From positions 1 to 53,870 of the forward strand of contig JAGVFW010000016.1 of NCBI GenBank assembly GCA_020057405.1: 53,870 nucleotides of DNA. The letters are read 5' to 3'. Of this stretch, positions 18,301 through 25,958 are shown piece after piece (the stretch's first letter is position 1; each line of letters opens with the position of its first letter). The stretch comes from an archaeon (lineage in GTDB: Archaea; Micrarchaeota; Micrarchaeia; Norongarragalinales; UBA97). Both the position numbers and the translations under genes were made by a program. The notes beneath the pieces are model-generated. The model was not told the DNA's origin. It did not search any database and saw only the letters and a list, made by a program, of their open reading frames with translations.

Positions 18301-18731
18301 CTAAGATGCCTTGGAAGTTCGTCGAGGGGATTACTGTTGCCGACGTGGCATTTGAAGCCACCGGCAGGTCTCTTGACGACGTGTTTTCAGCAAGCGCCGA
18401 GGCCGTGACTGCGACGATGGTAAAGGAAGTCAAGTCATTAAGGCCGATTGTGAAGAAGGAACTCGAGCTTTCTGCAGTCTCGCCCGAACAGCTCCTCCAC
18501 GACTTTCTTGAGGAACTCGTTTACTTAAAAGACGCCGAACTATTGCTTTTTGGCAGGACTGTGACTACCATTAAGAAGGACGGCAAGTCACTAACGGCTT
18601 CGCTTTACGGCGAGAAGCTCAACCCCAAGCGCCACGAGCTCTTAGTCGACGTCAAGGCCGTCACCTGGCACGGCTTCTCGCTCAAGAAGTCAGGGCGGGA
18701 GTGGCGGGCAACCGCAGTGCTTGACGTATAG
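18297..18731 (+). CDS. Archease (RtcB cofactor)
   Basis: TVADVAFEATG, LLHDFLEELVYL, DVKAVTWH and terminal VLDV; ATGA overlap with the COG0523 gene. Confidence 0.92.
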   Translation: MTKMPWKFVEGITVADVAFEATGRSLDDVFSASAEAVTATMVKEVKSLRPIVKKELELSAVSPEQLLHDFLEELVYLKDAELLLFGRTVTTIKKDGKSLTASLYGEKLNPKRHELLVDVKAVTWHGFSLKKSGREWRATAVLDV

Positions 18732-18797
18732 CCCCCCTTGCCCATAGCAACTGATTTTTAAACTGCTTAGGCCTTAGGGTTATCGTGGGTGTGGTAT

Positions 18798-19088
18798 ATG
18801 TTCGACTATGCTAAGCAAAAGCCTCTTCACGAGTACATAGCATACTTTGAGGACCGAAAGGGCTCTATCGCAGTCTACGACGATGGCATTGTTCTTAAGA
18901 TGGGCAGGACGGAAACGCCCATCCGCTTCGGTTACGTCCAGTCGATTGAAAAGTCGGGCTTGACAGCGGTTTTGGGAAAAATTGACGTCAAGATAGTCTA
19001 CTTCAGCCTGTTTGGCAACCGCGAGGAAGTTTCTGCGAAAATGCGCGAAGCCGACTGCAACGCGCTCAAGCAGGACGCCGGAAAGTAG
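18798..19088 (+). CDS. Small PH-like hypothetical protein
   Basis: Beta-strand pattern (GSIAVYDDGIVL, IRFGYVQSIEK) ending in a helix; upstream TTTTTAAA. Confidence 0.55.
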   Translation: MFDYAKQKPLHEYIAYFEDRKGSIAVYDDGIVLKMGRTETPIRFGYVQSIEKSGLTAVLGKIDVKIVYFSLFGNREEVSAKMREADCNALKQDAGK

Positions 19089-19186
19089 GCGCTGCGACAC
19101 AACGGGGAAACCCCCGTGTTCGGCCAAAGAGCTTGCTGCCTAAGAAACCCGCAACGCTTTTAACCCACGAAGCAGTAAACGAAGTT

Positions 19187-21196
19187 GTGTTTCGAAGGCT
19201 ATTTGTGCTACTGGTTGTGCTGGCCCTCGCGTTCCCTACGGCAACGGCGCTCACTTCAATGCGCGCCCCGGCGGTTGACGCGGCCGGCAATGGCGTCATC
19301 ACCAACCTTTCGGCCGACGTCAAGCCAGGCACGGGAAAAGTCTTCGTCGACGTATATCCATTCTTTACCGTCGAGACACAACAGAGCAGCCGGACTGCCG
19401 CGTCGTCGGCTTCGGATTTGGCAAAAATACCGCGAAATACGCGCGACTTTTTCTACGAAATCCACGCCAATGCCGAGCTCGTTGACGGCCCAAGCGGCGG
19501 CCTGGCGCTTTCGCTGCTCACCTACTCCGAGTTGACGGGATCCAAAATACGCCACGACTTGACTGCAACAGGCACGATTAGTGCCGACGGCAGCGTGGGG
19601 AAGATTGGCGGAGTGATGGAGAAGGCAAAGGCGGCCGCGGACAACGGCATCAGGGTATTCCTCATTCCCGTAGGCCAGGCAACGCAGGACGGCGTTGACT
19701 TGACGACTTACGGGTCGGCCAAGTGGGGCCTGCAAGTGATTGAAGTGCGAAACCTCGCCGACGCAGTGCAGTTCGCATTCACGCCAGAAGGAAGCGTGCT
19801 CGAAGTCCCGACCCGCGTAATCCCCGACTTAAGCGTGAAGAAAGTTTCTACTGCGGCAAACACCGAGCCGTTTAGGCTCATCACCGAAAAAGTCGTTTCA
19901 GAAACCGAAGCGGCAATTAGCAGGCTTGACCACGCTGGCCCGCTCTACAAAGTAAGCAAGTCCGAGGCCAACGCCTCACGCTACTTGCTTGGCCAAGGTT
20001 ATTACTACAGCGCGGCAAACACCGCGTTTTTAACGAAAATTGCCGCCGAGACCGCTCTTATTGCAAACGCAAGCGACTTGGAGCTCAAAAGCCGCCTCGA
20101 AGCGGCGTTAAAGCGGGCCGCCGAATTCCAGACACCGGCTACGACGACCGCCAACCTCGAGTGGGTTGTCGGCGCTCAGCTTCGCCGCTACTGGGCAATT
20201 GACAAGCTTAACGAAACGCGGGATGGCTTTGCAGCAGCGCCGCGGCTGTCAACCGTACAAGGCATAGTGATTTCCGAAAACTGGCTTGAAGCCGGGGAAC
20301 AGTTGGCAACGGCCGCGAAGCGGATTTCAGCAAACGGGGCACCCATTGACGATTCCAAACTACGCGGGTACGCATCGTCTGCAATAAGCGACGCGGCTAA
20401 GCTTGTCGAAGCGGCCCCCGATGGCGAGGCGGCGCTTCGGCTCAAGACAGCGCGCGAGGAATTCTCGGCAGGACAGTTTGCAGTAGCGGCAACTGACGCG
20501 ACTTTCGCGCACGCTTTTGCAAGGGCGGCAATCGACAACGGCGAGAAGACGCCGGCCGAAGCCGCAAAGGCCGTTGCGGGTCCCGAAAAGCTGAAAAGCC
20601 TTGACGGCGCCTGGTCCCAGCTTTACTACACCCACTCGCTTTACAGTGTTGCGGAATGGAACCGCTCGGGCGACGCAGGCGATTTGCTTAACTCGCTCAA
20701 GCTGCAGCAGCTCGCTAAGGAGCTTGACTCCGGCTTCAAGCAAATCGTGCTAGTGAATTCAGGTGCCGCCCCAACGCCAAGCTCAGGTCAAGGCCAAGTC
20801 GGGCCCGGCTCGCCAATGGCCCTTACCGTGACTGCAACGCAGTCAACGCCGTTCCCCGACCCGCGCCTCATCGTGCTCGTCGGCCTTGTCCTCGTGCTCC
20901 TCTCAATAATCGCCATTGCCTATGGCCTCCGCACTAGGGCCGCCGGCATCCGACGGCCGTCGCGCCTGGCCTTGCGTGAAATGCGGGAGAAGCTCGACAG
21001 GCTTGACGGGATGCTCGTTGACGGGAAAGTCAGCGAAGCGAACTACGACAGGCTTCGCGCAAAATACGGAAAACTCCTGCACGAGATGAGCGCGCAAATC
21101 GAGGCCGAGGAATCGGCGACTGAAAGCCGACCGCAGCCAAGGCCGAAAAAGGCAGCCAAGCTAGGCAAAGCTGCTTTGCGGCGTCAAAGAAAGTGA
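19187..21196 (+). CDS. Archaeal S16 (Lon-like, COG1750-type) secreted serine protease with C-terminal TM and SHOCT-like tail
   Basis: Signal peptide from GTG19187; VDGPSGG, TGTISADGSVGKIGGVMEK (Ser-Lys dyad), GYYYSAA; TM helix then LDRLDGMLVDGKVSEANY. Confidence 0.85.
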   Translation: MFRRLFVLLVVLALAFPTATALTSMRAPAVDAAGNGVITNLSADVKPGTGKVFVDVYPFFTVETQQSSRTAASSASDLAKIPRNTRDFFYEIHANAELVDGPSGGLALSLLTYSELTGSKIRHDLTATGTISADGSVGKIGGVMEKAKAAADNGIRVFLIPVGQATQDGVDLTTYGSAKWGLQVIEVRNLADAVQFAFTPEGSVLEVPTRVIPDLSVKKVSTAANTEPFRLITEKVVSETEAAISRLDHAGPLYKVSKSEANASRYLLGQGYYYSAANTAFLTKIAAETALIANASDLELKSRLEAALKRAAEFQTPATTTANLEWVVGAQLRRYWAIDKLNETRDGFAAAPRLSTVQGIVISENWLEAGEQLATAAKRISANGAPIDDSKLRGYASSAISDAAKLVEAAPDGEAALRLKTAREEFSAGQFAVAATDATFAHAFARAAIDNGEKTPAEAAKAVAGPEKLKSLDGAWSQLYYTHSLYSVAEWNRSGDAGDLLNSLKLQQLAKELDSGFKQIVLVNSGAAPTPSSGQGQVGPGSPMALTVTATQSTPFPDPRLIVLVGLVLVLLSIIAIAYGLRTRAAGIRRPSRLALREMREKLDRLDGMLVDGKVSEANYDRLRAKYGKLLHEMSAQIEAEESATESRPQPRPKKAAKLGKAALRRQRK

Positions 21197-21288
21197 CTGG
21201 CGGCGAAAATCCCCCAACAAGCGCCAGGCGCGCTTGAACCCCTCTGCTGGCTTATGATTTAAATACGGGGCGGTGCTAAAAAACTCTC

Positions 21289-23415
21289 ATGCGTAATGCA
21301 ATCGGCGGACTTGCGTTCCTCCTGTTTTTCTCCTCTTTCGCTGCCGCAACATGCTCGCCGTTCCTTAGTGTCACTGTAGATAGGCAGGCCGAGGTGACCC
21401 AAGGGGCAGACGCTATTTTCCTTTTGCAAATAAGGAACACTGGGAGCGCGACGCAAGCCATTACAGTCTCAAGCCAGTGCCCGGGCGGCCTGCAGTGCGG
21501 CTTTCCCGATGCGGGAAACCCGTCTTATGTCGTCCCCGGCGAGACGAAGCTCATGCACTTGCGCGTGGTTACGACAAACGCAGAGGCAGGAAACTACTCG
21601 ATTCCGCTTCAAATCACTTCAGACATCCAGTGCGTAGAGGAGCCGATTGTGCTCCTTAGCGTGCGGCCTGCGAGCACTTCGCCCACTCCCCCGCCGAGTG
21701 CGTCGCTTGCGGCATCGATTGCCCCCGGCGAGGACATTGCGACGCAGCCTGGCCGGAAGACAACGTTTACCATTTTTGTCGAGAACACTTTGGCCCAGAC
21801 GCAGTTTGTGGCCGCAAGCGCAACCGGAAATTCGTTTGCCGCAAACGCGGTGCTCCTGCCGACAGAGTTTGAGATGGCACCGCACGAGAAGAAAAGCGTG
21901 GCCGTCGAGCTTACCGTGCCTGCGGGAACGCCGGGCGGCCTTTACGACACGCTCTTTCGGCTTAAGGGAACGAGCTCGAGCGGCAACATATACAACGTTG
22001 ACTTGCCAGTACGAATGTTCGTCTACGCGTCAAACCTCTTTTTGCGCTTCTCAAGCCTCCCCGACGCCAAGTGCCTTCCGGTTTTCCACGGGGCGACTGC
22101 AAGCAGGGAGTTTGACCTGATAAACAGCGGCGGGATTACGGGACCGTTTACCGCCGAGCTTCGCGCCGGCGACGACCTTTACCCCGCACTCAAGCTGAGC
22201 GAAACCAAGTTCGAGGCAGCCAACGGCGAGACCGTGAACCTCAGGGTTGACGCGTCGCCAAAGGCACTCCTCGCGCCCGGCACTTACTACTACACGTTCT
22301 TCGTGAGGTATCTCGACAACACCGCGCTGCGCTACGACGACTGCATCAACGTCAAGGCTGCAACAGGCATCGAGGGCTTCTCAGACGAGCAATACCAAGT
22401 GCTTCGCGGCAGCGTGACGCAAGTGTCTCTGCGCGTGGCGAACAACGGCTCTGTCGCCGGCGATTTTGCGCTTGAGTACAACCCCTCGCCCGCCTCAGGC
22501 ATCGAGCTCTCAATCAACCCGAATGCTTTCCGGCTTTCCCCGAGCCAGGCGACGGACTTGACAATAACAGTGCAGGCCGGCAGGAACGCGCCCCTTGGCA
22601 CGCTTCGCGTGCCACTGACGCTCCGCTCGCCCAACATCACTCGCGCGTTCTCGCTAAACTTAAATGTCATCAGCGACAACCGCACTTCACCCTTGCAGGT
22701 TGCAAACAACCGCTTTGCGGTGTTTGAGGGCTCGCCAACTCAGGTTGCAGTGCGGGTGGTAAACACGGGCACGCAGTTGCTTGACGCGGTCCAGCTCATC
22801 ATCGAGGGCCTGCCGCGCCAGTGGGTGCACGTCGACTCGGGCCCGAAAGACCTGCCTGCAGGAAAGGAAGGCGAGTTCCTCGTTACGTTCGACATTCCGC
22901 CCGGCAGCTCGCAGACAACTTCGAAAGTGATTCCTTTTGCAATCTACGCGACCAGCGGGCTTGAGAGCGTGCGGGAAGACGCTGCCATTGACTTGTTCCA
23001 AAGCGTCCGCGACCTGCAGTTTTCAGTAAGCGACGTGCGCCAGACGAGCATCGGCGGAACGGTTCGCGAAGTCAGCCTCGACGTCACCCTACGAAACGCG
23101 GGCAATGTTGCGGTAAACGGCATCCGGCCGAGCACGCCTTACTCAAGCGAGTACGTCATCAACACTGACTACGGGCAAGTCAGCCTCGGGCCCCAGCAAA
23201 CGCAGACCGTGACCCTCACGATTGCGCCGACCGCAGACTCGCCCTCTCAGGACGTTTTCTTGCGCTTTGCAAGCGACGACGGCACGCAGGTGACAAAGCA
23301 GGTCAAGCTGCCGGCGATGAGCGCCTCAACCGACAACAGCGTGTTCTGGAAAGTCATCGCCATCGTCCTCCTTATAGTCGCGATTTTCGCGGCGATGAAC
23401 CGGCAAGTCGAGTAA
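21289..23415 (+). CDS. Surface protein with repeated Ig-like (NEW3/CARDB-like) domains and C-terminal TM
   Basis: Signal peptide; about 6 repeats of (I/V)xNxG...L.PGE; C-terminal hydrophobic helix. Confidence 0.8.
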   Translation: MRNAIGGLAFLLFFSSFAAATCSPFLSVTVDRQAEVTQGADAIFLLQIRNTGSATQAITVSSQCPGGLQCGFPDAGNPSYVVPGETKLMHLRVVTTNAEAGNYSIPLQITSDIQCVEEPIVLLSVRPASTSPTPPPSASLAASIAPGEDIATQPGRKTTFTIFVENTLAQTQFVAASATGNSFAANAVLLPTEFEMAPHEKKSVAVELTVPAGTPGGLYDTLFRLKGTSSSGNIYNVDLPVRMFVYASNLFLRFSSLPDAKCLPVFHGATASREFDLINSGGITGPFTAELRAGDDLYPALKLSETKFEAANGETVNLRVDASPKALLAPGTYYYTFFVRYLDNTALRYDDCINVKAATGIEGFSDEQYQVLRGSVTQVSLRVANNGSVAGDFALEYNPSPASGIELSINPNAFRLSPSQATDLTITVQAGRNAPLGTLRVPLTLRSPNITRAFSLNLNVISDNRTSPLQVANNRFAVFEGSPTQVAVRVVNTGTQLLDAVQLIIEGLPRQWVHVDSGPKDLPAGKEGEFLVTFDIPPGSSQTTSKVIPFAIYATSGLESVREDAAIDLFQSVRDLQFSVSDVRQTSIGGTVREVSLDVTLRNAGNVAVNGIRPSTPYSSEYVINTDYGQVSLGPQQTQTVTLTIAPTADSPSQDVFLRFASDDGTQVTKQVKLPAMSASTDNSVFWKVIAIVLLIVAIFAAMNRQVE

Positions 23416-23505
23416 GCGACCGGCCCAATTGCAACAACTTTGTTACTACCCTCCAGTGCAAAAAGCTTAAATAGCGCGAGTTCGCCTATTTTCTAAGGTG
23501 GAAGA

Positions 23506-24720
23506 ATGGCAATTGAAGCGCTCGAAGTAATCCTATTTATCGTCCTTTTCGGCATTGACGCCTATGCCTATGGCAACTTGAATGAAATCAGGCGCACACT
23601 TGCCAGCATCGACTCGAAAGTCAAGAGCAGCTACACCCACATTGAAACTACTAAAGTCAAGGAAATCGCCGCCGCAGTGAAGGAAGGCGACAAGGCACAG
23701 ACAACGCACGACTGGCACGCAAGCGCCCTAGAAGACGACCTGGCGGGCGTTCGCGGCGAGCAGTCGATGCAGGAACAGAAGCTGCGCGACATCGAAGACA
23801 AGCTCTCCACGATGCATCCCGGCGGCGTTGTCGCCGACGAGCGGATTGTCGAGATGGAAAGGCGCCTTGACGACAGGCTCACGTCGCTTGAAAACACTTC
23901 TTTTGACTCATCCCGCGGTTCGGGACTCAACGGCGAGAAGATAGAGGGCAAGCTCGACGAGATTGCCTCAAGCGTTGAAAACATCCGCGAGCGCGTAGGC
24001 GGCCTCGAGCAGGAAGTAAGCGCCCTTAACGCAGCTTCCGAAGTCCAGCGCAACGAGATGCTCCAGAAGATTGAGGATGGCACTTCAGGCTTCTCCGACC
24101 GGCTCTTTGATACCGAGGAGCGGCTCACCGGCAAGCTCAAGCGCACGCAGAAAGCGGAAAAGACGCTCGCCAAGCGCGTCAAGAAAGTCCGCGCTAACGC
24201 CGAAGCGCAAAAGAGCACGCTTTCAAAGCGCGTCAAGAAAGTCGAGAAGCGCGTTACCCGAAAGACTGACGAGGCCGAAAAGGTTGCCATGACGGCAAAG
24301 AAAACGGCGCGCAAGACCGCCCGCAAGGTAACGGCAGAGCTTGAGTCCGCAGTAGCAAAGAACGCCTCGAGGAACGACAAGCTCAAGACAGTGAAGAAGA
24401 CCGTCACCACCACGACTTCAAAGGCAAGGGCCGCAAAGAAAGCGCCCACCCGAAAGCCCGCAAAGAAGGCAGCGTCAGGAAAAGTCACTAAAAAGACGGT
24501 CACCAAGGTGACGCGAAAGACGCCCAAGTCATCGCGCGCCACCAAGACGTTTGAAAAGACGGTCACGACTGAAAAGATTGTAAAGAAGGCGGCGAAGAAG
24601 AAAGCTGCGAAGAAGCGACCCGTCCGCAGGCTCGCCGTCCCGTCGGTTGAGAAGGTAGTCAAGGAAGAAACCACGGTAACTACCGAAAGCGACTCGTCAT
24701 TCTCGCAAGGCCTCGAGTGA
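23506..24720 (+). CDS. N-terminally membrane-anchored coiled-coil protein with a Lys/Ala/Thr-rich (histone H1-like) tail
   Basis: N-terminal TM; acidic heptad region; C-terminal KKAA/KKTVT repeats; SD-like AGGTGG. Confidence 0.75.
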   Translation: MAIEALEVILFIVLFGIDAYAYGNLNEIRRTLASIDSKVKSSYTHIETTKVKEIAAAVKEGDKAQTTHDWHASALEDDLAGVRGEQSMQEQKLRDIEDKLSTMHPGGVVADERIVEMERRLDDRLTSLENTSFDSSRGSGLNGEKIEGKLDEIASSVENIRERVGGLEQEVSALNAASEVQRNEMLQKIEDGTSGFSDRLFDTEERLTGKLKRTQKAEKTLAKRVKKVRANAEAQKSTLSKRVKKVEKRVTRKTDEAEKVAMTAKKTARKTARKVTAELESAVAKNASRNDKLKTVKKTVTTTTSKARAAKKAPTRKPAKKAASGKVTKKTVTKVTRKTPKSSRATKTFEKTVTTEKIVKKAAKKKAAKKRPVRRLAVPSVEKVVKEETTVTTESDSSFSQGLE

Positions 24721-24722
24721 AA

Positions 24723-24742
24723 GCTCGAAGCGCTTTTCGAGC
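24723..24742. terminator. Hairpin between convergent genes (GCTCGAA-GCGCTT-TTCGAGC)
   Basis: Perfect 7-bp inverted repeat in the 30-nt gap between two stop codons. Confidence 0.45.
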
Positions 24743-24750
24743 GAAACTAA

Positions 24751-25575
24751 TTAGCCTAGCTTTAGCCCCTGCCGCTCGATTTCCTCCTTCATCACTAGGC
24801 AGTCGGCCTCAAGAAGCGGCGTTTCGCAGATGAGCTGGATGTCGGAAAACTTGCCGGCGCGCTTTTTGAGCTCTTTAACTAGCTCGCCAAACGGCGGCTT
24901 GTTGCTTGAGATTGGCAGGTGGTTGAGCTCGCCCTTCTCGCTGAAGTTGATGCCGCTAAAGTGGCAGTAGAGGTCAGCGTGCCCGTACGCGAGGAGCTTG
25001 TCGAGAACTGCGGCGAAATCAATCTCGCCCATCTGCCGCGCGTAGAGATGGGCAAAGTCGACGACGGGAACGCAGTTTTTCCTGCCAACGGCCTTGCAGA
25101 CTTCGAGAGTCTCGTCAAAACTGCCAAACGCGGAGTGCTTGCCTGTCGTTTCAAAGCCAAGGATGGCTTTGGGATAGCTTGCCGCCAATTCCTTTCCCGC
25201 CTCGACAACGGCGGCCATGCACTCACCGGCCGGCCGCTTTTGGAAAAATCCGGGGTGGACTGCAACCGCGCCCTGCGCCGCAAGCGCCTCCGCCCGGTCA
25301 AGCGAGTCGGAAATGCGTTTCTTGCTCGCGGCAATCTTTTCGGGCTCAAGGGAGCACAGGTTGATGAAGTAGGGCGCGTGAATGCTTAGCCTGACGCCCA
25401 AGTCGCGCGAGATGCCACCCAATTCGACTGCAGCGTCGTGCTTGAGGTAGACTTGTTGGACGAACTCGAGCTCTTGGGCGTTGAGACCCAACTCGGCGAG
25501 GCGCTTGAGGCTACCTGCCGTTGCGAGCTCTTTTGCTGAAGCGCAATTGCCCGCGGGTCCTAGAAAAATCCTCAT
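24751..25575 (-). CDS. nfo: Endonuclease IV (AP endonuclease family 2)
   Basis: Start MRIFLGPAG; ELEFV, SIHAPYFINL, VHPGF, ETTGK, DFAHLYAR, HFSGI, ICETP. Confidence 0.9.
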   Translation of the reverse strand: MRIFLGPAGNCASAKELATAGSLKRLAELGLNAQELEFVQQVYLKHDAAVELGGISRDLGVRLSIHAPYFINLCSLEPEKIAASKKRISDSLDRAEALAAQGAVAVHPGFFQKRPAGECMAAVVEAGKELAASYPKAILGFETTGKHSAFGSFDETLEVCKAVGRKNCVPVVDFAHLYARQMGEIDFAAVLDKLLAYGHADLYCHFSGINFSEKGELNHLPISSNKPPFGELVKELKKRAGKFSDIQLICETPLLEADCLVMKEEIERQGLKLG

Positions 25576-25598
25576 TTGGTTTTCGCTCACGGGGGGAA

Positions 25599-25958
25599 CT
25601 AAATTAGTGAAGCCACTGCGGCAGTAGTGTGGGGCAACGCGAGTTTCATTTCGACCCAATCGATTATGCTTCGGGCCGTCTGCACGCTTCGGATTTCTGA
25701 CGCCGATGCGTCCTCGGAAGCGCCGGAGAGGAGAAACTGCAGTTCGTCTAGGCCCATCAGGCGAATCATTTCAGAAACGCTGTGGCCAAGTGCCGGCGGC
25801 GTGCCGTGGAGCTTGACGTAGTAGGCAGCGAGCGCCTTCTCCGACGCCTGGCGGGCAAGCATTGAAGCAAACCCGTCGTCGCCGTCGTGGCTGCACTTCT
25901 CGGCCGAGAGGAGGTCGCGGTAGGCCTGGCGCATCCAAGGTTCGGGAAGGTGGCGCAT
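25599..25958 (-). CDS. HEPN-domain protein (MNT-associated type), apparently degenerate
   Basis: W..QA..DL..A, ARQASEKALAA and P...H.V pattern; the C-terminal RY motif is absent. Confidence 0.7.
   Translation of the reverse strand: MRHLPEPWMRQAYRDLLSAEKCSHDGDDGFASMLARQASEKALAAYYVKLHGTPPALGHSVSEMIRLMGLDELQFLLSGASEDASASEIRSVQTARSIIDWVEMKLALPHTTAAVASLI

Noticed and set aside
23631-24674. 347-aa antisense ORF rich in F/A/V/T
   Set aside because: Mirror of the low-complexity Lys/Ala/Thr coding strand, with no independent motif
25576-25659. N-terminal extension of endonuclease IV
   Set aside because: Overlaps the HEPN gene; the family-like start is MRIFLGPAG at 25575
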